56,308 nt of DNA from Octopus bimaculoides (GCF_001194135.2 NC_068981.1:69593211-69649518); one strand, 5' to 3'. Shown: positions 25,107-38,311, counted from the first letter of the stretch. The notes: a model not told the origin generated them from the letters alone. Made by a program: numbers and translations.

Positions 25107-26892
25107 GAAGCTTAGTATTCATTTTCGGGGATTATATGGGAGATAAATGACCAGTGTTGTAAAACGAATCTTGAATACAATTTTCGTGATAAATATTTTC
25201 AAATTTAGTAAACTTTTCATATACACTATGCAGGAAATTGCCTCAAGCAATTGACAGTTTAAATAATGTATATTAATCTTCGAATTAGTATGTGACTTTT
25301 AAATGTTCTAAGGATGGTTCTCGTCAGCATATCCTTTTTCACTGAAAATATAAATTGAAACTAAGCCATTTTAAACATCACATTAATGAAAAGTTTGTCG
25401 TATTTGTGAACAACGTTACATCTACAATATATACACAATTGTACTCTCTGGTAAGAAGTTTCTTATGCGGTGTACCATTGAAGATGCAAGCAATTTTAAA
25501 TAATTTTAATTAATATATTTTAAAGTTATAAATCGCTAAGGCATTTTGTAATAAAAACAGACTTTCAAAATTTTAAGCTTGTTAGGAGTGAAATAAAATA
25601 AAAGTGAATCTAAATTTACCATGAAATGTATTCTGAACATAAAGTATCCTGCAGCAATGTCAAATTATATTGATAAATATTTTTCGGAGCTCGAAAATAC
25701 ACACACAAACATTTAAGAATGCATATAATACATTTTCAGTACCATTTTCCTTTTTTTAAAGAAGAAACCATATGTACATTAAAACAGATGAAAACATAAA
25801 AACAAATGGCAGCCGAAAACACCACACATACTAAGAATGCATATTAGTGTAGCGCTCTTGCTATCTGTTAGAAATTTGGACACGACTCAGTACAACTAGT
25901 CACACATTCACCTACGTAAATACATACGTGAAAATGTATTTCATTTCAGATGTATCTTGCTAATCAATTCTATTAATAGCTCGGGGTCTAGCTTAGGCTG
26001 CGTCAAGTCTATATGAAATTGAACATTTTTCGTAGAAGGCGGTTTGTTCTAAAGTAGAAATCTTTTATACGGGAACATATTTTGGTCTTCGATCGAATTG
26101 AACACACAAAATCACTGCCAGAATTACAGGACTCAGAAAAATGAGATTATTGTATCAATTCGGAGTGCATAAGCATTCCCCACAGAGAGTCCATTGTGGT
26201 AAGCTAGCAATTTTTTTTCGTACACGTAACTTAATGCAAAAACTGAAATAGTGTGGGCTAATAATATGGCACTTTCGTTTCTAATATGTATTGGAATGAA
26301 GGGGGTTTGTAGGATGTATGAAATCTTCTTACTAGCCACTCTCTGCAACGGCTTGTATCTAAATTCACTTAGAGAAAAGGCTTCAGATTGTGATACGTAT
26401 ATTAGTTACAAATTTTGTAAGAGCATTGGTGGATTTCTGTTTTGTTCACTTATGTATCTTATTTGAATTGTTAACTGACAGTAATAGCTTATGAGATCTA
26501 TAATACAGCTGAAACGACAGAGTTATTCAAAATGCTATCGACAGAAATATTTTAGTTCCATTACAGAAATTTGCAAATTAACTCGAAATATCAAAATATA
26601 CAGACTTAAATATATATACATATTCACCCAAACACACATACACACACACACACACATCTACCATCTACAATGAACGAATATTCCATTGACATGGGTACCC
26701 ATAAGGTAATGCTCAGTCACAATCAACGCAAGACCGTGTATGTGTGCGCGTGCTCATTGTTAAGACAAGGCATTGTATTTTTACTTAAATGTACAATTGA
26801 AACGACGAGATTCTAAACAGTTTACATCTACGCATTTTCAACTTCAGTTTCAATACAAATAAAAGAATGTGCTTATTCTTTATTTAAATCAA

Positions 26893-27100
26893 GCCAGCGA
26901 GCCGACAGGATGCTGGTTAGGCAAAATGCTTAGAGGCTTTTCCTCAATCTTCAGGTCCTAAGATCAAATTCCACCGTGGTCGACTTTCCCTTTCATCTAT
27001 TACGAGATCGATAATATAATTATCAGTCAAGTAATGAGATTGGTTTAATCGACTTTCCCCTCACATAAAAAAAACTGCTGCCCTTTTTGTTAAACTTGAA
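26893..27100 (+). mobile_element. Diverged tRNA-derived SINE (family of 12054-12277)
   Basis: GCCAGCGAGC..GCAAAATGCTTAG..TCAAATTCCACCGTGGTCGACTTTCCCTTTCATC..GATCGATAAT..TTAATCGACT..CCCCTC, collinear with the reverse complement of 12054-12277. Confidence 0.8.
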
Positions 27101-27109
27101 ACAATTCCA

Positions 27110-28333
27110 TGTAAACTTAAACGTTCATAGGTTGACTAAAGTACTCTCATAGATGTAATTAAATGAAGTCCACTTACTTTTTGCATCGGTGTTGTAATTT
27201 TTGTATCCCATTGGTGAAGAAACTTTAATGCTCTTGGTCAAAAAAGTTATGAACAACAAATATGACGTCATTATCACTGCGACACTAATTCCCAGCCAAC
27301 TGTTTTTTCATGATGGGGAAAATTTGGCAGTTAGATGAAAGCAATTCAGGAAAATAGGGAAGGTGATCAACCAGTTCAAAACCAGTCACGCACAGCAGCC
27401 ATTGCTACTAATAACTTGTGTGCGGGAATATTGCCCTGATGAAAAGGGACACTTTTATCAGTTTTCCTGTGCATTTGCTCTTGGTAGCCTTTTATTACAG
27501 CCATAAGAAGCCATATCATCCAATGACATGAACAGATCCACATCATCCAATGATGATGTGGCTCTGTTCGTGTCATTGAGCACAATGCCTTTTGCATCCT
27601 AAAACCACTGAGACCATCATCTTCCCTGCAGACGAAACGATGTCAGCCTTCTTTGGCGCTGGATAGTAGGGCTCTTTCCGCTGAACAGATTGTCTATTAA
27701 TCTGCAGCTCAACCAGCTGGACCTGCCTCAAATGTTCCTGTAATTCGATCGAGCTGGTGCGCTTTTGGTCAGATGTGAGCAGATGTGATGCCCACCGAAT
27801 GAAAAAAACCTTCGTTATGCTAAATTCGTTTCGCAGAATTTTCTGAAATCTCTCACGCGTGACGCTAACACCATTGGCTTGGTGATTTATATCCAGTAGC
27901 CTGTAATGCATTGCCATATGTTGAATACCATAAATGTTTTCCTCGCTGGTGGCAGTCTCAAGACGTCCAGAACTTGGATCATATTTAAGAACCTCCCCGC
28001 CCTTCCTAAATTTAGATACCCACATTTTCACTTCGATAAAGTTGAAGCGTCACCCTGTAATGCAGCATGCATGTCAGCATAAAGGTCCTTGGAGTCTAAT
28101 CCTTTCTTCTGCAGGTACCTGATAACATAACGATGTCAAATGTTGTCTCCTTCCCGGGAAACTTGCTACGAATTACATTTGAAATCTCTTTTGAAAAGTC
28201 GGATGTCAGTTTACCTGAAAAAAACACAATGCTATTATTAATAAAGAGAGATGAAATGAATGCATGTAAGTTTTTCTATGTCCAGCGGCACTCGTTCATA
28301 GTTAGTGCATAAACTTTTCTCCTATACATCGTA
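27110..28333 (-). mobile_element. Defective D34D mariner (irritans/Himar-like), near full length
   Basis: ORF 27573-28031: WVSKFRKG..DPSSGR..RWASHLLTSDQKR..APKKA..SAGKMMVSV. Downstream frames: FHQGNIPAHK..DHLPYFPEL..MKKQLAG..FTNGIQKLQHR. TIRs decayed; frameshifts; first catalytic T.DE.W motif deleted. Confidence 0.93.
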
Positions 28334-29029
28334 AAAAAGTATTTTAATGAATCAAGAAAAATAACAAAAAATATAACCTACATGTAAATTAATATTCAAA
28401 GTTGGACTTCCTGTTCTCATCATTATTATATATGGAAAATGGAGTATTGATTTCCTTAAAATTAAATGAAAAGCAACATGTGTCTTTAAAAATAAGCAAT
28501 TAAGCCAAGAATAATTAGGAAGCAAGATAAAAAGGACGAAAGCAACCATGAGGAGGAATGAATATTGACAAATAATACAAATTAAGTGACTGGTAAGATA
28601 ATTTAACTTTAGTTAACATTCTTAACATAATATTCATAGAAACATCGTTCTGCTGACAATTCCTGAATTTTATTCATTTCTATTTTGGTATATTGAAATC
28701 ATTAACATTATGGATGTAAATAGCGAATAACCTGAATAATTGATACTCATGAAATGTGTAAAATTGTCTAAGATTATAAACTTATTAAAATCAGGTTCAT
28801 GTTCTAGTAGTGTATAAAACGTATTTCGTACCGTTTATTACGGACAAAAGTGGCATTTTGTCCTTGACGGTGTCTATCCGGTACGCTAGATTCTCCAGTT
28901 GCTACGCCATATTCATGCTAGCATTTTTACTGACATTTCCAGATGAAATAATGTTTGCGATACAACCATCTTTCAGTCTCATTGGATTCTGTTTTATCTT
29001 AACGTTATTACTTCATGCAACTAGAATCA

Positions 29030-29054
29030 CACGTGTATGTGTGTGTATGTGTGC

Positions 29055-29092
<38 letters not shown>

Positions 29093-29170
29093 AATAATAT
29101 ATAAATATATGCTTATATCCATACATATATGTACATACCTACATCTATATGTATACATACATGCATATAT
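29030..29170. repeat. (TG)/(TA)/(CATA) compound microsatellite
   Basis: Direct read. Confidence 0.92.
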
Positions 29171-29949
29171 GGGTACTGGACATAAAAAAAAAAACGCTAA
29201 ACACAATGAGAAACGGAAACATAGAAAACGAACTCTTTTCCGAACAGCGAAAAAAAACAAACAAACGAGACATGCAACATAAAGTGTATAACCCTTCGTC
29301 TGTTGTCCCTCTTTCATCTACTCCACGTTTCGAAGTCAAGGACAATACGCGACTCTGTTGAAACAGTCCTTCCAGCAAAGCAAATTAAATAAAATTTGGA
29401 ATTTTTTGCGGAGGGTGAAAGTGTTAACAAGAACAGCACAGTGAGAACAAGACAGTAAAAAAAAAAAGTTGAGAGCTGTAGGGCCAAGACGATAGAAAAA
29501 TTATTATTAACGCTAGGAAGACGAGCCATGAGGAGACAGGAAAGCACGTCTTTTCTTTAGGAGGGACATGGACAGAAACAGCGATCCCTTTGCATCACAT
29601 GTGAGCGACGAGAGAGCCAAGGAGGAAGAGTGAGAGAGAGAGGGAAAGGTGAAATGGAGAGAAGAATAGAAAGGATGAAGAAAAAGAGAGGGAGAAAGAT
29701 AGACAGAGACGAGATAGCAGAAGAGTGCACGTCATAAATCTTAAGATAAAACTTACTTGGAAATGGATGGTTTGCGTTGTATCTTACCAGTCAATTAATT
29801 TGTATTATTTGTCAATACTCATTGCTCCTCGTGCTTGCTTTTGTTCTTTTTATCTTGCTTAGTAATTATTCTTGGCTAAATTGCTTATTTTTCTAAAGGC
29901 ACGTGTTGCTTTTTTTTTATCTTAAGGAAATCAATACTTTATTTTCCAT

Positions 29950-30060
29950 ATATATATATATATATATATATACAGAGAGAGAGAGAGAGAGAGAGGGAGG
30001 GGGATAGAGAGAGGGAGAGAGTGAGAGAGAGAGAGACAGACAGACAGACAGATAGATAAG
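29950..30060. repeat. (TA)n(GA)n(GACA)n compound microsatellite
   Basis: Direct read. Confidence 0.95.
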
Positions 30061-31431
30061 ACAAGACACACAGTACGTCCACACAGCTGCTACATATAAG
30101 CGCTGCGCACAGACACATCTGAGTGCCTCACACTGAAACGCGTACTTCTTCACAATCCCCGTGTATACACACACGCACGATCACATGAAGTTTATACTTG
30201 CCCACTTGCTAACGAACTCATACAATCACGCTCGCCCATACACATAAAATCGCACACAATATCTCTCCCTTTCTCTATCTCTCTTTCACATACACATACA
30301 TACTTGCGTTCCCACATACACTACCGGTGTCACTGTTGTCTTCTTTGCCACCATTTCCGCCAGCAACTTTCTTCGGGTCAATTCAACCTGTGGCACCATT
30401 AATTCAGACATGTTTCTTTTCTCTCTCACCATTTCTTTTCTCCGTCTGTTCAATCCCATTCTTCCTTCTACAAGAATATTTGCGCAAGGGATCAAAGTCC
30501 TCTTCCATTTTATGAACGTCAAAATAATACAACTCGTGCTTTCTGTATTTTCTGTATTTTCCGTATTTTTGTATATTTTTAGCAACATTTATATATATGC
30601 ATACATACACAGACACAGACAGACACACACACACACACACATATAGACGCATATAGATAAATACATATATATATATATGTATATATATACACACACACAG
30701 ATTGTGTGAGACAGACAGACAGCTAACAAGCTAGATAGATAGATAGATAGATTCCTCTGTTGGAAATATTTCGTTGGGCATGTTTTCGTTAATTTTTTTT
30801 TTTTTGCAATAGTTTCAATTTAATAGCTGTTTATTTCTCAATTTAATTTTCTTCTGAAAATATTGAAGACTTATATATAGACATAATTTTCATCTAAAAA
30901 TATATATATATAACAAAAGATTTCACACTGATAAATATCTGAATATAAAACGAAGAGAGACTTTGCATTCTGCAGAAAGTTCTTTACTTGCTCATTTGAG
31001 TTCTGGACACTAAAATTATCTAAATTAAATACGTATTTCCTTTTTTAAAATCATATTTGGGGAATTTTTATATAAACTTAAAAAAACTTGTCTCCATAAT
31101 GCAATAATCATTAGTGACCAAAGTTAATTAAAAATGTTTCCGGTGAATTAGATGTAGAAAAATCACAAGTAGAAGGTAAAAAATATATATTAGTTAAGAT
31201 GAGACCACATTTAGCACTTTGTTATTGAATAATAATATATATTCATAGTACTATCAATTGTGGTATCAGTCCAAGTTAATCAACCGTTATCGATTGATAT
31301 AACACTTATGGGAAAGCATAGGTTTTAAGAAAAAATATGACGATTCTAAACTTATATGTCATATCTGTCGAATGCACCAAAAAATGTAGTTTGAAATTAT
31401 CCCTCTATACACGCATACATATATACATGCA

Positions 31432-31508
31432 TGCTTGCATACACGCATGCATGCATACATACATACATACATACATACATACATACATACATACATACAT
31501 ACATACAT
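31432..31508. repeat. (CATA)n microsatellite
   Basis: Direct read. Confidence 0.97.
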
Positions 31509-31539
31509 GATTTCACTGTGAATAAAGATAGAGTGACCA

Positions 31540-32795
31540 GGGAATATTGCAGTCAGAACTCTCCTCTTACATTAAAGAACTATTCCACAATGCATTTGCA
31601 GTACCAGTGTTTATCGCAACATTTAGGATACTTAAGTGGTCTGTAGAAGAAATCCATTCCATAGATATCAAAATCAGTGTAGACGAAATTAGAATACCGT
31701 ATGATACCAGTATCTGCTAAACAGCAGCAGCAAAAATGAATGTATAAATGCAGTGCTGAAAAGTGAAGTGAGCAACATCGTACGAGTTGGCAGTGAGCTC
31801 CTCAAGAAGCACCCTTTCCTGATGATCTCCTATACAGCCCCAAAATAGCTGAGCCCTCTTACATCAAAGAAGATCTGGATGGAAAGTACTCATCATACAA
31901 AAAAAGAAGAAAGAAGACTATGCATGTCTTCTATTCACGTCTATATTGCCCACAAACTTGAAAAAGCCAGTAGAATTCACACGAAGTGCTGTCTCTCTCG
32001 GATACAAGACCACTACATCACACTTTGAGGGCTATGCGTTTTCAATCCAGGAACAGGAGATTGCCACAAAGTTCCTAGTGAACAAAAGAGAAATTAACGC
32101 TCTTGTGATCCCAAGGTCAACCACATGCGTAGGTTATGTAATGTTTCTGTGGAAAACATCACGCGTGTAATTAGCAGCCGTCCTAAAATGTCGTCACGGT
32201 ACTACCTCCCTACTCGCACGATGTTGTTGCTAAAACAACTTACAATGCCATCTGCAAAAATGACTGTCCCGAAATAAACTTAGTAAACCCTTCTGTTATG
32301 GAATGCATTCATAAAACACTAACTCAAGGAATACTGGAGGAATATTCCCATCAAAACCTCTTTCAAATGTAACCATAACAGACCGAATATTGTTGAATGG
32401 GACAGAGGCGCAAAGGTATGTACCATCATAGAGGTCACCTGCACTGTAGATATAAATGTCTATTTGAAGATCAAAGAAAAAGAGGATATCTATGGACAAC
32501 TGCTTCGAAACGTCGAGCTTCTATATCCAGACTATGTATTCATATTCATACCAATAATTATTGCAGCACTAGGTTTTGTTAGTAAATGATTAAAGGAGAA
32601 TTTGGATTGACTGGGATTCTCAGAAATAGAAATCTACCGTACATTAAAATTCCAATCTGAGAGTGGAAGAGTAAAAATATGCAAAACTTTTCACAAGTCT
32701 CAAATGTGAACTTGTCTATGTTAACTACATCCCAAAGATGGAGACTTGTATCTTTGTTGGAAATCGGCTCCTTCCTTAGTGAAAGATTTATAATA
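31540..32795 (+). mobile_element. 3' half of R4/Dong-like element, subfamily A, with a well-preserved RLE domain
   Basis: HNAFAVPVFIATF; ORF 31946-32170 SHFEGYAFSIQEQEIATKFL; KMSSRYYLP..HDVVAK; 32340-32710 WNIPIKTSFKCNHNRPNIVEWD..CTIIEVTCTVDINV..KEKEDIYGQLLRN..PIIIAALG..VKICKTF. Short ATAATAAT at about 32790. Confidence 0.9.
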
Positions 32796-32889
32796 ATTCA
32801 AATATAGAAGAGACAGATACATAATTATTAATACATATATTAGTTTCCAATTTTGGAATAATTCCAGCCATTTCGGGGAAGGAAATATG

Positions 32890-32970
32890 TCGATTACATG
32901 GACGCCAGATACTCATTGTACCGCTCCAAGAAGATTAAAGGCTAAGTCGACTTTGGCATAATTTGAAATC
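32890..32970 (-). mobile_element. SINE fragment (family of 12054-12277)
   Basis: GTCGATTACATGGACGCCAG..GATTAAAGGCTAAGTCGACTTTGG..ATTTGAA matches the central part of that SINE. Confidence 0.6.
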
Positions 32971-33047
32971 ATATAGTAAGGACGGACAAAGTATCCTAAG
33001 CATTTTGCCTGGTGTGGTATCGATTCTGCCAGCTTGAAGCATTTATA

Positions 33048-33104
33048 TCTAGACTAGCAGAAATACCCGGCGTTGCTCGGGTTAGGGATTCACACAGACA
33101 GACA

Positions 33105-33147
<43 letters not shown>

Positions 33148-34358
33148 TCCCAATACATGTAGGATTCCTCACCATACAGGTGACAGGCACAGCTGTAAGA
33201 TGCATTACGGATCTATAGCAATTGAAAGGGCATGACCCAATTGAAATAACAACGTGTGACGTTTGGAGTAAAGGGAAATGAAAGTGTCGCCTCTGGAGTT
33301 TGCAAATGACCACTATACCGATAGATAACTGTGCAGACAAAATTTACAATCGATAAATGTCTTAGAACAACCANNNNNNNNNNNNNNNNNNNNNNNNNNN
33401 NNNNNNNNNNNNNNNNNNNNNNNNNNNNNNNNNNNNNNNNNNNNNNNNNNNNNNNNNNNNNNNNNNNNNNNNNNNNNNNNNNNNNNNNNNNNNNNNNNNN
33501 NNNNNNNNNNNNNNNNNNNNNNNNNNNNNNNNNNNNNNNNNNNNNNNNNNNNNNNNNNNNNNNNNNNNNNNNNNNNNNNNNNNNNNNNNNNNNNNNNNNN
33601 NNNNNNNNNNNNNNNNNNNNNNNNNNNNNNNNNNNNNNNNNNNNNNNNNNNNNNNNNNNNNNNNNNNNNNNNNNNNNNNNNNNNNNNNNNNNNNNNNNNN
33701 NNNNNNNNNNNNNNNNNNNNNNNNNNNNNNNNNNNNNNNNNNNNNNNNNNNNNNNNNNNNNNNNNNNNNNNNNNNNNNNNNNNNNNNNNNNNNNNNNNNN
33801 NNNNNNNNNNNNNNNNNNNNNNNNNNNNNNNNNNNNNNNNNNNNNNNNNNNNNNNNNNNNNNNNNNNNNNNNNNNNNNNNNNNNNNNNNNNNNNNNNNNN
33901 NNNNNNNNNNNNNNNNNNNNNNNNNNNNNNNNNNNNNNNNNNNNNNNNNNNNNNNNNNNNNNNNNNNNNNNNNNNNNNNNNNNNNNNNNNNNNNNNNNNN
34001 NNNNNNNNNNNNNNNNNNNNNNNNNNNNNNNNNNNNNNNNNNNNNNNNNNNNNNNNNNNNNNNNNNNNNNNNNTTTATCTCTTTCTCTCTCTCTGAAAGT
34101 ATCTGTCATTACAGTATCGAAATGTGATTGTTTCAGTTAGTAGAATAGTTTCATTTTTAAAGTGAAAGTATTTGACATGAGTGTTTTTGTTTCACTTTTG
34201 ACACGTAATACTTAAATAGTGGAGGAGATATTATGTTGCCGTGGGCTCGAACACTGCAACAAGTTAAAAAAGTGTTTGACTAAAACACAACTGGGACCCT
34301 AAGTAAGGCGTCTATAAAATTTGAATTAAATTCGTTGCGTAGTTCTCGAGTTTTAGGG

Positions 34359-34399
<41 letters not shown>

Positions 34400-34448
34400 T
34401 ACATACAGACAGACAGACAGACACACATTCTCATTTTTATATATATAG
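33048..34448 (+). mobile_element. Helitron-like (Lep1-type) non-autonomous termini flanking a 700-N gap
   Basis: 5' A|TCTAGACTAGCAGAAATACCCGGCGTTGCTCGGG (TC start, CCCG..CGGG hairpin at 33066-33081). 3' ..AAATTTGAATTAAATTCG..TAGTTCTCGAG..(CA)n(CATA)n(CAGA)n..TTTTTATATATATAG|AT. This layout is recalled from microsatellite-bearing insect non-autonomous Helitrons. Whether both ends belong to one element is hidden by gap 33374-34073. Confidence 0.55.
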
Positions 34449-34449
34449 A

Positions 34450-34564
34450 TGTATAACACATACACATACAAACACACACACACAAACACACACAACCACA
34501 CACACACACACATACACACACATATATGTGTATGTATGTATATTAAATATATATNNNNNNNNNN

Positions 34565-34597
<33 letters not shown>

Positions 34598-34645
34598 TTG
34601 TGTGTGTATACGTGTGAGTGTGTGTATACGTGTGAGTGTGTGTAT
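34450..34645. repeat. Compound (CA)/(TA)/(TG) repeat with 10-N gap
   Basis: Direct read; Ns at 34555-34564. Confidence 0.93.
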
Positions 34646-35226
34646 GAAAAGTCGATACACATATCCGAATACACCACCGTGAATGACAGGCCATGAGATA
34701 AAGAAATATCCAGCAGTCAGACACAAAAATGACTGATTGAATGAAATGAGAATCTCTTCTCGTTAAGAAAATGCAATAAGTTGTTAGTTGGACCTGTCTA
34801 GTTGTTGAAGGAGATTTTTGAGGAAGAAAAGCAAATGAAAAACGTATTCCGATATAAAAAAATCTAAAATATGTTGTTCTAAATATCATTCAATTTTGAG
34901 TGCTGCAGAGTATTGCCTCCGCCAATACCCTACAAAATTCCAAATAGATTTAGCAGGTGAAAGTGAAATCCATAATGCTTCCAAATACCAACATTGGAAT
35001 GCTTTCGGAAACATCTTGCATACATTATATACAATAGTAGCAATACGTAGAACTATCTTTGACCATAATTTAGAAATATTATTTGTCATTTTATAGAAAC
35101 ATTATGTATCAAAATGACACTGATAGAAAAACTTGGGGCAATAATAGAAATATGAGAAATATCTCGCTACAATGATTGAGTTGAGGATTTCTATTAGGTA
35201 CATTGGTATCTGGAACAATCACCTCA

Positions 35227-35378
35227 GTGGCTGTGTGGTAAGTAGCATGCTTACTTAACACATGGTTCCAGGTTCATTCCCACTGCGTGGCTCGTGGGAA
35301 AGTGTCTTCTACTATAGCCTCGGCTTGAGAAAACCGTGTGAGAGGGTTTGGTAGACGGAAACTGAAAGAAACCCGTCG

Positions 35379-35419
<41 letters not shown>

Positions 35420-35473
35420 NNNNNNNNNNNNNNNNNNNNNNNNNNNNNNNNNNNNNNNNNNNNNNNNNNNNNN

Positions 35474-35521
<48 letters not shown>

Positions 35522-35722
35522 TGTGTTTGTTCCCCAACATCACTTGACAACCGATGCTGGTGTGTTTACGTCCCCGTAGCATAGCGGTTCAACAAAAGAG
35601 ACCGATAGAATAAGAACTAGGCATCAAAAGAATAAGTCCTGGGGACGATTTGCTCGACTAAAGGCGGTGCTCCAGCATGGCCGCAGTCAAATGACTGAAA
35701 CAAGTAAAAGAGTAAAAGAGAG
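35227..35722 (+). mobile_element. Young full-length tRNA-derived SINE with internal (TA)n..(TG)n microsatellite
   Basis: Head GTGGCTGTGTGGTAAG (box A-like)..CAGGTTCATTCCC (box B-like)..GGAAACTGAAAGAAACCCGTCG; then (TA)n, gap 35420-35473, (TG)n; body CACTTGACAACCGATGCTGG..GGCGGTGCTCCAGCATGGCCGCAG; tail GTAAAAGAGTAAAAGAG. Confidence 0.9.
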
Positions 35723-36929
35723 TATATGTATTTCGAAGCATATTACTCGATGTCTAACACAATGTTGATACATATGAAAACATCTAATGATGACTTGATC
35801 AGATCTTTGGTAAACATATTGTACACTAGTATTATGAAAAAGAAATCTAAATTAACTATTTATGTATTTTGATCGATTACGTGTTAGTGATTGGTCGTGC
35901 ACTATATGAGTGGCATTTCATGATTCAGAAAGCGCATCCGTTTCATGACACCTTGTCAATATGCATAAAAAAACAAATATGAATACTGAGAAACTACTGA
36001 GAACAATATGCTGGTCTTCATCATACGAAGCACTTTTACCATAAAGAAATTAATTTGAAATATAACACAGAGAGAAACTGATTCCATGCACACCCACACC
36101 GGAACCTCTTAATTAACGATTATCTGAAATTGTACGAAGGATATTGCTCATTTTGATTTGGAAGTCCTCTGTGCAAAACTGGCCTTATAAAGCTCCTTAG
36201 AGAGCAGAATTGCAATTAAAGAATATCTGAAAACTACGAAACTCTCGAGCATCTTATTTGACATTTCATGGCTGGGAGATAATACTGAAACTCGATAACT
36301 TTAAGTTCTACGGAAGCCTGCTAATATAGGAGAGGAACCGGTGAGTGGGAAAACGGATAAAGAAAACGTTTCTAGAAACCAAATCGAATAACATTCTATA
36401 AAATAGCTTGGCGGTCAGATCACTATACAACTCTGTATGTATCAGTACTAATTTAACATAAAATTGTAAATCAAATTCATAAACATTTAACATAAAATTA
36501 TAGGAAGAACCAAAATGTAGATTGTTCTATTGAAGAGCATAAAGTCTGCCGGCGCAATTCATGTGGAAAAATAAACTAAAATTTAATCGTTACACTTATT
36601 ATTATAAATTATCTATTTAGTATTCAGACGGATCATATGCAAACAAAAAATGAAACGGTCTCTAAATTTGCAGTTTGAAATCATTAAAAATATTCAAATT
36701 GTATATAACATCACTAAATTAATAAATGTATGTATGGGAATTCGAGAACAAAATTACAAATATCAGTCAACCAATTTGGCAAACGTGGAAATAGATTTAG
36801 GTACTTGCCATGTTCTTAGCAGCACACAACAAATATTTTCCACCATTCTTATCCCTATTTCATTCGTATTCAAAAAATTAGACTATACTTATAACCTTCT
36901 AAAATGTCAATGACTATCAATCATCTGCT

Positions 36930-38260
36930 ATACAAGATGATCTAAAGTCACGCAACCAGAGTGAAAAATTAGAATAAACCTCGCAGTACCGTGACGGTGT
37001 TTATCATTGAAATCAGAATTGAATTGAGTTCTCAAAATGTGGTATCCATGTAATCAAGGAAGGAAAATACCATAAGTGACAGAATATATCTATTAAACAA
37101 GAAGAAAATACAGAAGATCGATACCTATGATGGATACAAATACTAGATTGACTTGGAAGCTGATATATAAAGAATAGAGAAATGAAAGATGAAATCAAGA
37201 AATACTATTTCTATAGGGCTAGGAAGATATTAAAATTTAAAGTCAATGACATAAATACCAAAAGCGCCAAAAGCTAAAAATAATCATTCCTCTTCAATAC
37301 AGCGCTGAAATAATGAAACTGAGACAGGAAGAACTTAAGAAAGGAGATGGAAAACAAAGCAATTGCTAACAATGTGAAGAACCTTACGCCCAAGGGCAGT
37401 GGTTCACATAATTTGTTTTGAAAGAAAACGACAAGGATCGATAAAAATGAGAAGTCATAAGACTACAGGTATATATGTGGAGTGTTTAAGGAAATACGTT
37501 ACTGAGAGTGGATGAGTTACCTTTAATTGCAGTAAGAAGCGAAATAGTAGCTGGATGAAAAAAGAAATGAAAATCTCCGAAATAAGAAAAGCAAATGTAC
37601 GAACAGAAATAAGTAAACACAAAACCGCTTTCAAAGTACTGTATTTCATTGAATCGAGATTCACATATAATTTCAATTGCTAGAAGAATGACACAGTCAG
37701 GAAAAAGACGGAGGCATTGATCCTAGCAGTAGCATTAGACAGTTGAATCAAGTCACATTAGAAAGATTACAGATAGGGAGACATCTCAGATGCTTGTGGG
37801 AAGTGGGGTGAAAGAGAACATATCGTTTCACAAGTAGTATTTGAAATGTAAAGAATTGCTCTGTGTACTTGCAATGAGTAGTAAAAATAAAAATAGTCGC
37901 AGTTTGGATTCGACAAATTGAAAGTTGGTGCGACAATACAATGGAATATTGCATTAAAACATCGATGACAATGCAGCATTAGATATAAAAGTTCAAACAA
38001 ATAGATCCAAGTATCGTCAGTCAATAACAAAGTAAATATTGTTGCATAATCACATGTTGTTTGCCTGGTTTATAGTAGAAGGAAGTAAAATAGGGACATC
38101 AAAAAATTGTGAATTGCACTATAGCTGTGTTTAACCTAATTGCAACAGATATCATTCGAGGGGAAAACATTTAAATGACTATTGAATATGTATATCCAAG
38201 AGAATTTTATAGCTCTAGAGGAAGCATGTAGTCTAATGCATAGAAGTGCATTAATGACAG
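36930..38260 (+). mobile_element. R4/Dong-like remnant (RT domain 5 to C-terminus), subfamily B
   Basis: DDLK, SKCG..IKEGK, YKY, RARKILK, LQYSAEI, QLLTM..LRPRA, ETEALILA, EHIVSQ, VNNKVNI..VVC, LEEACSL (cf. LQKACLLG). Runs into a trinucleotide tract. Confidence 0.7.
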
Positions 38261-38296
38261 AAAAAAAACTAAATATTAAACGAACGAAACAGAACG

Positions 38297-38311
38297 AATA
38301 ATAATAACAAC

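Noticed and set aside
29270-29340. Minus-strand CGAAACG...CAGACGAAGGG as a hammerhead ribozyme
   Set aside because: No GUH cleavage triplet and no closable stems in this copy.
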